From Kiritimatiella glycovorans (GTDB lineage: Bacteria > Verrucomicrobiota > Kiritimatiellia > Kiritimatiellales > Kiritimatiellaceae), in NCBI RefSeq assembly GCF_001017655.1, contig NZ_CP010904.1:1800001-1832000 (forward strand): a stretch of DNA of 32,000 bases, given 5' to 3'. Both the position numbers and the translations under genes were made by a program. The notes beneath the pieces are model-generated. The model was not told the origin of the DNA and did not search any database. It worked only from the letters and a program-made list of their open reading frames with translations. Positions within the stretch are counted from its first letter, which is position 1. Every line of letters begins with the position of its first letter. Positions 24,585 through 31,462 of this stretch are shown here, piece by piece.

Positions 24585-25506
24585 CCCCTTGGACATCATC
24601 TGGCGAGCGGCTGACAACCCGCGCTCGGTCTTTGCCGCTGAGGACCTGGACGGTATGCCGCCGCAGATCAGAACGCGGTTGACGCAACTGGAAATCCTGC
24701 GCCCGTCCTCGACGGCGACGCACGTAGTCTGCGATGCGTGCTTCGACCATCATGTCGAGAAGGTCACGCCGATCCAGTATCCCGACAAGACAACGCGGTT
24801 CTTCATTCACTGCCCGGAGAACGGGCGGGTTGAGGTTCCGCGCGAGCGTCTCTTTCAGTGGACTGTCCATTTTGGGCCGATCCTGACCGGTCTGGCGACC
24901 GCGCTGTCGGCAAAGGGTTCGCCAGCCGAGATCGTGCCGGGGCGCGTCTGGAATCTTGGACGTGCGGCCTTGGCGGGCAAGTCCAAACCGGTATGGGTAG
25001 CGCGAGGGCTGGCCTGGCCTGATGCCGGACAGCTTGCTCAGTCGATACCTAAGGGCCGGTCACCGGTCCTCTTCTATCTTGGCCAGGCGGCAGACGATGG
25101 CCTGCTGGGAATTCCCCGTGAGTCGATCATCGAACTGCGAACGGTTGTTCATCTCGACGGCAGTATCGTTGTAGACCGTGATGCGATTGAGGTCCAATTG
25201 GTGGACGTTGAAGCACCGCCGAGCAAAAGGCAACAGAAGAAGCAGAGTCCTCGCGACGCCACGGTCGGCGCATTGAAGCGAGAATTGCACGAGCGGATTC
25301 TGTCGATGAAAAGCGCGATCCGCAGCGCCGACGACACGGGCTCGCTGTTCGATCTGCCTCGCGTGACCCAGAAGCAACTGGCTGCCGCGATCAAGGTAAG
25401 CGAATCGTCGGTGACGCGGGCAATCAACGAAAGCGGAGATCGCGAGTTGGAAATCATGCTCCAGACTATCGAGAGTGAAAACCTGATCCGGAAGTACTCC
25501 CGCTGA
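24574..25506 (+). CDS. Hypothetical protein, 310 aa, with a possible Cys/His zinc-binding N-terminal part and a C-terminal HTH
   Basis: CDACFDHH...HCPENG gives a C-x2-C...H-C pattern. The C-terminal LPRVTQKQLAAAIKVSESSVTRAINE looks like a helix-turn-helix. It overlaps the upstream ORF by 11 nt. Confidence 0.65.
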   Translation: MWHDPLDIIWRAADNPRSVFAAEDLDGMPPQIRTRLTQLEILRPSSTATHVVCDACFDHHVEKVTPIQYPDKTTRFFIHCPENGRVEVPRERLFQWTVHFGPILTGLATALSAKGSPAEIVPGRVWNLGRAALAGKSKPVWVARGLAWPDAGQLAQSIPKGRSPVLFYLGQAADDGLLGIPRESIIELRTVVHLDGSIVVDRDAIEVQLVDVEAPPSKRQQKKQSPRDATVGALKRELHERILSMKSAIRSADDTGSLFDLPRVTQKQLAAAIKVSESSVTRAINESGDRELEIMLQTIESENLIRKYSR

Positions 25507-25516
25507 ACGTGCGGAA

Positions 25517-25549
25517 TTGCAGTTGCCACCGTTTGCTGCAACTGCAATC
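25517..25549 (+). other. Perfect 11-bp stem hairpin (ATTGCAGTTGC / GCAACTGCAAT, 11-nt loop) just after the 310-aa ORF
   Basis: Read directly. No U-tract follows, so it is either a factor-dependent or weak terminator, or a protein-binding palindrome. Confidence 0.3.
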
Positions 25550-25696
25550 CAGAAATCTCTCGCCGTAACCGACGTGATGGCAGCCTGTTACGAGCACCGA
25601 AACATTTCAGGCCATCGTTTCCTGCAATTTCTCCCCAGGGTGTCGAGCAACGCAACGGGCGCTGCTCACGAGTGACACCCGTGTTGGAGAAGTGCT

Positions 25697-26035
25697 ATGC
25701 AGGAACCTCGATCCATTCCCACCAAGTCTTGTCTGTCTGACTCGCAGGTCCGGCTCATTGAGCTGATGCAGCGGATCAACTTCGGCCGCATCTTTGATCT
25801 GCCGGTGCGCAACGGCCAGCCGGTCATGGACCCACCGCCGCGCGTCGTCCGCGAGATCAAGTTCGGCAGCGACAACGGGCCTCGCCCCGAAGTCGCCAAG
25901 GCTGACTTCACTCTCAAGGCCCAGGTCCGCGACCTGTTCGCCCAGTTGGAGGCGCTGGGCGACGGCGTGATCCCGTGCATCGAGATTCAGCGCGGTCTGC
26001 CGTTCCGGATGACCGTCGAGGAGGTGTGCGCCTGA
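25697..26035 (+). CDS. Hypothetical protein, 112 aa, no domain recognised
   Basis: The ATG at 25697 has GGAG 8 nt upstream. The ORF ends 7 nt before the IS3 left end. Confidence 0.55.
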   Translation: MQEPRSIPTKSCLSDSQVRLIELMQRINFGRIFDLPVRNGQPVMDPPPRVVREIKFGSDNGPRPEVAKADFTLKAQVRDLFAQLEALGDGVIPCIEIQRGLPFRMTVEEVCA

Positions 26036-26043
26036 GCAATGGG

Positions 26044-26071
26044 GAGCGGTGGTCCCGATAGCGGAGCCAGT
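26044..26071. repeat. IS3-family left terminal inverted repeat
   Basis: GAGCGGTGGTCCCG-ATAG-CGGAGCCAGT. Its partner is at 27439-27467. Confidence 0.7.
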
Positions 26072-26219
26072 TTTTTCGAACTTTAAGTCAGCATCAGGGC
26101 TCCCGCTTCCTGCGAGTGTTCTGCCACAACTCCGGCGAGTTGTCCATAGCCTGCGGCCGTCGAGAATGGGTCATTGAACTCGTCGGAGACGGTCGCATGG
26201 CTGTGGGCAACTCGCCTCT

Positions 26220-27116
26220 TCATGCCGCTCTCCATTTCGACTCCGCCTCGATTCCGAAGTACGCCTCATCGGGCGTTCGATCCCCGATCGATGAATGCGG
26301 ACGTTCGGTATTGTAGCGCTCCAGCCACGCCCCCACGCCGCGCCCGGTTTCCCGGGGCGTTTCATAGCTTTTCAGATAAACATCCTCATACTTCAGGCTC
26401 CACCACAGCCGCTCGATGAACACATTGTCCACCCAGCGGCCCGTCCCATCCATGCTGATTTTTAAGCCCTCGTGCTGTTTCATCTCCCTGATCCAATCCG
26501 TCGACGTGAACTGCGAGCCCTGATCGGTATTCATGATCTCCGGCGCCCGTCCGGCCGTGGCCACCGCCGATCGAAAGGCCCGCAGGCAGAACGCGGTATC
26601 CATCGTGGTGCTCAGTTCCCACCCGAGCACTTTCCGGCTGTACCAGTCCATGACGGCCACCAGGTAGCAATACCCTCGCGGCATCGGGATATAGGTGATA
26701 TCGGCGCACCAGACCTGATTCGGCCGCGTAACATCCACTCCACGCAGCAAATACGGATAGATGCGATGCCCCTTGCCCGGTGCGCTGGTCCGCGGCCGCG
26801 GGCGGAGAGCCGAGATATGCGCGAGCCTCATCAGCCGGCGAAGCCGCTTTCGCCCCACGTTCAGCCCCTGTTCGCGCTTGAGTAATCGGCGCAGCCCCCG
26901 CGTCCCGAACGTCGGGAAACGCAGATGAAGTTCGTCGAGCATCCTCATAATCCGTAAGTCCGTGATCGTCGCCCTGGGCTCCGGCGGCGTCAACCGGTTC
27001 CGGTTGACGCCCAGCAGAGCACATTGGCGCCGCAGCGAGCGTTGAGCATCAGAAGGATCCACCAGAGCCTTCCTCACGGATCGATCCCCAACTCGACGCA
27101 TTTTTTTTCCATCCAC
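26220..27116 (-). CDS. IS3-family transposase OrfB (DDE/rve integrase core), expressed as an OrfAB fusion by a -1 frameshift
   Basis: The sequence ...WCADITYIPMPRGYCYLVAVMDWYSRKVLGWELS...MNTDQGSQFTS...ISMDGTGRWVDNVFIERLWWSLKYE...YNTERPHSSIG contains the D, D, E catalytic-core context typical of rve. Confidence 0.85.
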   Translation of the reverse strand: MDGKKMRRVGDRSVRKALVDPSDAQRSLRRQCALLGVNRNRLTPPEPRATITDLRIMRMLDELHLRFPTFGTRGLRRLLKREQGLNVGRKRLRRLMRLAHISALRPRPRTSAPGKGHRIYPYLLRGVDVTRPNQVWCADITYIPMPRGYCYLVAVMDWYSRKVLGWELSTTMDTAFCLRAFRSAVATAGRAPEIMNTDQGSQFTSTDWIREMKQHEGLKISMDGTGRWVDNVFIERLWWSLKYEDVYLKSYETPRETGRGVGAWLERYNTERPHSSIGDRTPDEAYFGIEAESKWRAA

Positions 27117-27379
27117 TCCTTCTCAATCACCAGCTGACCTACTTTTCGCTCCAGCCGCTCGCAGTTCTTTTCCAGCCCGCGCTTTTCTAGGTCCGGCGCG
27201 TTCTTGCGCTCAAAGAGATCGGCTGCGCCCTCTGTGAGCTCCGTCTTCCATCGAGTCACCATGGTCGGATGCACGTTGTTTTCCGCCGCGATCTCCGCCA
27301 CGGTCTTGATGCCGCGCAACGCTTCCATCGCGATACGCGCCTTGAACTGCGCGCTGTGATTTCGTCTCGGCTTCTTCAT
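27074..27379 (-). CDS. IS3-family transposase OrfA (HTH_Tnp_1)
   Basis: MKKPRRNHSAQFKARIAMEALRGIKTVAEIAAENNVHPTMVTRWKTEL... is followed by a leucine-zipper-like tail. AAAGGAG lies upstream of the ATG at 27379. Confidence 0.85.
   Translation of the reverse strand: MKKPRRNHSAQFKARIAMEALRGIKTVAEIAAENNVHPTMVTRWKTELTEGAADLFERKNAPDLEKRGLEKNCERLERKVGQLVIEKEWMEKKCVELGIDP
27101..27108 (-). promoter_or_regulatory. Programmed -1 ribosomal frameshift site (A8 run) joining orfA and orfB
   Basis: The minus strand reads GGAAAAAAAATGCG. In the orfA frame this is GAA AAA AAA TGC. A -1 slip then reads ATG CGT CGA, which is the orfB frame (..KKMRRVGD..). Confidence 0.7.
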
Positions 27380-27438
27380 CGGTTCTCCTTTCGGTCTCCT
27401 TTTTACCGGGAGAACCCGATGCGGTCTATCCGCCCCTC

Positions 27439-27467
27439 ACTGGCTCCGTTTTCCGGGACCACCGCTC
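27439..27467. repeat. IS3-family right terminal inverted repeat
   Basis: The reverse complement reads GAGCGGTGGTCCCG-GAAAA-CGGAGCCAGT. It is identical to the left repeat in 24 positions (a 14-nt block and a 10-nt block) with a 1-nt indel in the spacer. Confidence 0.7.
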
Positions 27468-27873
27468 AATGGATGCGGTCCCAGGACCAGGCATAACCGA
27501 TGCAGGCGTTTCCAGCTTCACCGCCGGAGTAAAGCATCCACCATCGGCCGTCTGCCAAACGCTCCGCATGGCAGGAGGAGACGTAGCCGTTCGCGCCTTC
27601 CCAATCCTGAGCGTCGATCAGGCCGGAGAGGATCGGCGCGTTTCCATACAGTCGCCAGTCCAACCCGTCGTCCGAGTAACCCAGACCGAGACTGTCGTTG
27701 CCGCCGGTCGAGGCGATGAAGATCATGGCGTAGCGCCAGGTGAAAGGTTTGCGTAGGAACTCCTTGTGGTAGGATCGCGTCTCCTCGCCGAACACATCGA
27801 GATACTTCTCTCGAAGCTCGCCGACCGTCATCCGGGCGAGCCCCTGGATTTCTTGATATGTGGTTGTTTCCAT
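27466..27873 (-). pseudogene. Chimeric ORF: a DUF2924-like N-terminus joined to a beta-propeller glycosidase-like fragment, with the stop codon supplied by the IS3 end
   Basis: The ATG at 27873 has AAGGAGG 6 nt upstream. METTTYQEIQGLARMTVGELREKYLDVFGEETRSYHKEFLRK resembles DUF2924, a family usually found just upstream of large serine recombinases. The remainder (STGGNDSLGLGYSDDGLDWRLYGNAPIL...DGRWWMLYSGG) resembles a glycoside-hydrolase propeller blade. The TGA at 27466-27468 spans the IS/flank boundary. Confidence 0.5.
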
Positions 27874-27939
27874 CCGAAACCTCCTTGGTTCACGTTTCAC
27901 CCGTCGCGTGCGGTCCTCCCGCACCGCAATCTCGGGGCG

Positions 27940-28161
27940 TTAACTCGTGAATGAATGAAGGCTTCGGTGGCCCGAAACATCAAGGCGTTTCTCCGTAAAC
28001 GCCTCAGATTCTTGGACTTGCGCCACATTCCCCTCCGAATCTTGGGAATCAGAGGGAAGTCTTCGGCCTTTCCGGTAGCGCATGTAGCCCTGGGCCAGGA
28101 TTGAGACGACTTCGGCGGTCAACGCTTCAATCGTGTCGGGGATGTTGGTTTCAGCCTGCAT
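27940..28161 (-). CDS. Hypothetical small protein (73 aa)
   Basis: The ATG at 28161 has AAGGAGG 6 nt upstream, a strong site. No domain recognised. It lies upstream of, and is co-oriented with, the DUF2924 remnant. Confidence 0.4.
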   Translation of the reverse strand: MQAETNIPDTIEALTAEVVSILAQGYMRYRKGRRLPSDSQDSEGNVAQVQESEAFTEKRLDVSGHRSLHSFTS

Positions 28162-28627
28162 CCGGTCCTCCTTCGCGGAAGGCCGCTGGAAGGACCGTTG
28201 TGGATGCCGCGGGATGAACGACCTTGGTCAGGAACCGTTGGAGCCCGTCCGATATCGCTCGAGAGCGATTTCGCCGGCACCCACAACGGTCTCCGTTCTC
28301 ACGGCCGCATCCGCTGTCTGGTGATCAACTTGCCGCCGAACCACTTGGTTCGGCTTCCGGCTGATACCTACCGGAGGATGGCGTTTGATGTCGGCGCAGG
28401 GGCTTTGGGGAACCGGACTGTTAAATAGCCGGATTCAAAAAACGGAGAATGGGAGAATCAGGAAAGGACATTTGTGAAAACCGAGGCTGACCCCCCACGG
28501 TTGCATCGCAACCCCGGGCGGAGAGCGTCGAAATGGAGAATCGGGAAGGATGTGGCTGGCGGCGTAAGTCGGCGAAGGCAGGGCAGAAATGACAAAACCC
28601 CGTGGGGATCAACCCACAGGGTCTTGT

Positions 28628-28655
28628 GTTAAATAAGAACCGCTGATTTCAGCGG
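28628..28655 (-). terminator. Rho-independent terminator downstream of tRNA-Asn
   Basis: Hairpin CCGCTG-ATTT-CAGCGG at 28640-28655. On the minus strand it is followed by TTCTTATTT. Confidence 0.5.
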
Positions 28656-28664
28656 ATAGAATTT

Positions 28665-28739
28665 TGGCTCCGGCGGTAGGACTCGAACCTACAACCTAAT
28701 GGTTAACAGCCATCCGCTCTACCATTGAGCTACGCCGGA
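28665..28739 (-). tRNA. tRNA-Asn (anticodon GUU), CCA encoded
   Basis: Hand-folded cloverleaf of 75 nt: acceptor TCCGGCG/CGCCGGA, D arm GCTC-AATGGTA-GAGC, anticodon arm GATGG-CTGTTAA-CCATT, T arm GTAGG-TTCGAGT-CCTAC, discriminator G, CCA. Confidence 0.9.
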
Positions 28740-28817
28740 ACCGTAAAAAAGGGATGGGAGAAGATAAACGATCTGGGGTCGAAGTCAACCCCGATGTAGC
28801 GGATTTCAGCCGGGATT

Positions 28818-29405
28818 TCATTCGCGGCCGTCGTCGGCCGGACGGTGCGAAAGGATCCAGTCCGCGGCGGATTGCAGGTCTTCGACGATCACGGTTCCGT
28901 CCGGAAGTTCGCTGCGGTGTTTGCGTCCGTGACCCGTGAGCACGTAGAGGCCCTGCCCGCCGAAACGCGTGCCCAGTTCGACATCGCAGGGATGGTCTCC
29001 GACGCTGTATGAGCGGGACAGGTCGATCCCGTGTTCGCGCGCGGCCTTCTGCGGAAAGTAGGAATTCGGCTTGATACATGCGCAGCCGTCGTCCCGGTGG
29101 TGCGGGCAGACGTACACCTCCGCAAGGGTCACGCCCGAGGCGTGCAGGGTATCGACCACATGCCGGTTGACCCGCCTGACCTCGGTCATGGCCACCATGC
29201 CTCCCGCCACCCCCGACTGGTTGGTCACGATGAAAAGACGGAAACGGCGCTGCAGCGCGGCCAGCGCCTGGACGGCACGGGGAAAGAAAACCACCTGCGA
29301 CGGCTCTCTCAGGTGGCCGCGGTCTTCGATAAGGGTTCCGTCGCGGTCGAGAAACACGGCCGCCGGACGGGTCCCTGCTCCTTTGTCGCTGCCTGCGATG
29401 CTCAT
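28818..29405 (-). CDS. gmhB: D-glycero-beta-D-manno-heptose-1,7-bisphosphate 7-phosphatase (HAD-IIIA, histidinol-phosphatase-like)
   Basis: 195 aa. Motifs: AVFLDRDGTLI (DxDGT nucleophile), FIVTNQSGV, the Cys cluster CPHHRDDGCACIKP typical of GmhB zinc-binding loops, and SYSVGDHPCD. AGGAGG lies upstream of the ATG at 29405. Confidence 0.8.
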   Translation of the reverse strand: MSIAGSDKGAGTRPAAVFLDRDGTLIEDRGHLREPSQVVFFPRAVQALAALQRRFRLFIVTNQSGVAGGMVAMTEVRRVNRHVVDTLHASGVTLAEVYVCPHHRDDGCACIKPNSYFPQKAAREHGIDLSRSYSVGDHPCDVELGTRFGGQGLYVLTGHGRKHRSELPDGTVIVEDLQSAADWILSHRPADDGRE

Positions 29406-29512
29406 GAGAACCTCCTGCGGATCGCCTGATGGCGCACACCTTCTCTCAACACCTTCCGCGGTTCAAGACCCAGTTCCTCCTTGCTTCCGCCCCCGCGCAT
29501 CCGCTATAAGGT

Positions 29513-31462
29513 TCAGCCCTTCGACCGGGAGAGGTGGCAGAGCGGCTTAATGCGCTGGATTGCTAATCCGGTATACGCCGTAAAGGCGTATCGGGGGTTC
29601 GAATCCCCCCCTCTCCGCCAATTTGGAATCCGGCGATTTTCGGCGACGACGGACCACGGGGCCGGGAACCGGACATGCAAGACGGGATCGGTCTTCGAGC
29701 CGAGCGACCGGAAGAGCGTGACGGACTGACCGCCCGCCGCCTGACTGCCTCCTGACAGTGACGCCACGTCCGCCGGAAGGATCGGGATGAACTCCGACAC
29801 GTCGCCGGACGCCGCCGCCGCGACCGTGACGCCGACCGCCGAGGGCTGCGAAATCGCCTTGTTTTCTTCGATTCTTGGACTCTCCAGCCGCTTCCCAGTG
29901 TCGGGACAATTCGGCGAGCGTGCGGCAGAGCCGCCGCGAAGCCCTGCGATGGGATTCCCGCCGTCGCCGAGGCTATGGCGGGCAAGCCGGGACGGGGCAT
30001 CCGTCAGACTCGGACTCTGACACGCGCTCCGGCTTCCGTCGGTCTCGGTCTCCTGACCGTCCGCCGACCCGGACACGCCGCCGCCGGACAGAATCGCCGC
30101 CGCCAGAAGCAGGTTTGAACCGGTCTTTTTGTGCCAGTTCCGCAGATCCTCAAGGTCGTCCGTCTCGGCGTCGTACTTCGCTTGACGGGAAGCGGTTATG
30201 AAGTCGGCCAGAGGTTTGAACCGATTGGCCCCGTGACCCTCAAGCCGGGCCACCGAATCGGCAAGCGTCGCCTTTTCCTGAACGAGTCTTTCCTTGTGAC
30301 TCGTGAAGTCCTCCTTTGTGATGGTGCCGTCGATGAACACGTCAAGGAGGCGGTTCAAGCGGTCGGTCGCGCGGGAGAGGTCCGCCCTGTGCCGCGCCAG
30401 CAATTCGGCTTGCCTCGCGGTGTCGGCGAGTTTCCACGCTTCAACCTCGGCAAGCATCGCATCGGCCCAGTCATCGCGAATCGAGGCAAGCCGGATGCTG
30501 GCGCGTAGGTACTGCGTCAAGGCTTCTTCCCGGATCGTCTTCAACTCGCAAGGTCCGCGCCGCTTGCCGCATCGGTAGTAGGAGTGGCCCTTCTGCTCGT
30601 CGGCGGTGATGGCGCATCCGCAATGGTGACACTGGATCAAGCCCCGGAACGGGTAGCGGGCGCGCCGCGTGTAGCGTCCGCGTCCCCGGTTCTTGCGAAC
30701 CTTCTGCACGCGGTCAAACACCTCCCGCGAGACAAGCGGCGGGTGTTTGCCTTCGTACACCTCGCCGCTAAACCGGAAGACGCCGACATAGAACGGATTG
30801 GCGAGAATCGCGTGTACGCGACTCATCGAGAGCGGCTTGCCCCTGACGCCCACAAGCCCCCAGTCCTGAATCATGGCGGCGATCTCCGTAACCGTGTACT
30901 GCCCGGTTGCGTAGGTCTCAAACATCCGACGGAGAAGCGGCGCTCGCTCTTCGTCGAAAACGATCATGCGCGTTCGCCGGTCGTTCACGTAGCCGGGCGG
31001 CGGCATGTTCGGATAGATGCCTTCCCGGAGCTTCTTCCGTATGCCGCGCTTGATGTTCTCCGAAAGGTTGTCCACGTAGTATTTGCTCTGCCCGAATGCC
31101 ACTTGCAGGATAAACTTGCCTTGCGGGGTGTTCTCAAACCAGAACGTCGGGAACTTCAAGGCGGCCAGTTTACCGGTGTCCAAGTCGTAGATGATTCGTC
31201 CTCCGTCAATGGAATTCCGGGCCAGCCGGTCGGGGTGCCAAGCAAGGATTGCCTGGGCGTCGCCGTCTTCAATCGCCTGCATCATCTCGTTGAAGACCGG
31301 GCGTCCCGGTTTCTTGGCCGTCTGCGCTTCGAGGTACTCGTGCGCCACGTCGAGCCGATCCTTGCTTGCCAGCATGCGGAGTTCGTCGAGTTGTGCGTCA
31401 ATCGAAAGCACTTGCCGGCTGTCGTCCTCGGTGGACTTCCGGGCGTAGATGAAGAACTTCAC
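29513..31462 (-). CDS. Large serine recombinase (resolvase domain + recombinase domain + zinc ribbon + coiled coil). The true C-terminus is uncertain because the frame stays open to 29513.
   Basis: GTG start at 31462 with GGAGG upstream. VKFFIYARKSTEDDSRQVLSIDAQ is the catalytic Ser motif. Other features are AWHPDRLARN, recombinase-domain YPNMPPPGYV...FETYATGQYTVTEIA, zinc ribbon CHHCGCAITADEQKGHSYYRCGK and a coiled coil. The last ~195 codons are Gly/Ala/Ser/Pro-rich and run antisense through tRNA-Ser. Confidence 0.8.
   Translation of the reverse strand: MKFFIYARKSTEDDSRQVLSIDAQLDELRMLASKDRLDVAHEYLEAQTAKKPGRPVFNEMMQAIEDGDAQAILAWHPDRLARNSIDGGRIIYDLDTGKLAALKFPTFWFENTPQGKFILQVAFGQSKYYVDNLSENIKRGIRKKLREGIYPNMPPPGYVNDRRTRMIVFDEERAPLLRRMFETYATGQYTVTEIAAMIQDWGLVGVRGKPLSMSRVHAILANPFYVGVFRFSGEVYEGKHPPLVSREVFDRVQKVRKNRGRGRYTRRARYPFRGLIQCHHCGCAITADEQKGHSYYRCGKRRGPCELKTIREEALTQYLRASIRLASIRDDWADAMLAEVEAWKLADTARQAELLARHRADLSRATDRLNRLLDVFIDGTITKEDFTSHKERLVQEKATLADSVARLEGHGANRFKPLADFITASRQAKYDAETDDLEDLRNWHKKTGSNLLLAAAILSGGGVSGSADGQETETDGSRSACQSPSLTDAPSRLARHSLGDGGNPIAGLRGGSAARSPNCPDTGKRLESPRIEENKAISQPSAVGVTVAAAASGDVSEFIPILPADVASLSGGSQAAGGQSVTLFRSLGSKTDPVLHVRFPAPWSVVAENRRIPNWRRGGDSNPRYAFTAYTGLAIQRIKPLCHLSRSKG
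29528..29620 (+). tRNA. tRNA-Ser (anticodon GCU), long variable arm, CCA encoded
   Basis: Hand-folded cloverleaf of 93 nt: acceptor GGAGAGG/CCTCTCC, anticodon arm CTGGA-TTGCTAA-TCCGG, variable-arm stem ACGCC/GGCGT, T arm GGGGG-TTCGAAT-CCCCC, discriminator G, CCA. Confidence 0.9.

Larger units (their letters stand above)
26043..27467 (-). mobile_element. IS3-family insertion sequence (~1.43 kb), apparently intact
   Basis: It carries orfA plus orfB with an A8 slippery run and imperfect terminal inverted repeats. It is flanked by the direct repeat AATGG (26038-26042 and 27468-27472). The ends are uncertain by 1-2 nt. Confidence 0.8.

Noticed and set aside
26386-27024. 212-aa alternative-frame ORF, and plus-strand ORFs inside the IS3 element (26116-26316, 26174-26419, 26472-26885)
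   Set aside because: These are off-frame or antisense within the transposase orfB, whose DDE core is clear in the annotated frame.
28162-28627. Possible gene or att site in the ~470-nt gap between the 73-aa ORF and the tRNA-Asn terminator (track ORFs 28198-28428 plus, 28421-28612 minus)
   Set aside because: The ORFs lack ribosome-binding sites and have implausible compositions. Only short palindromes are present (GGTTGC-ATC-GCAACC; an imperfect stem at about 28597-28626). This is probably the degenerate island/tRNA junction, but I cannot define an att core.
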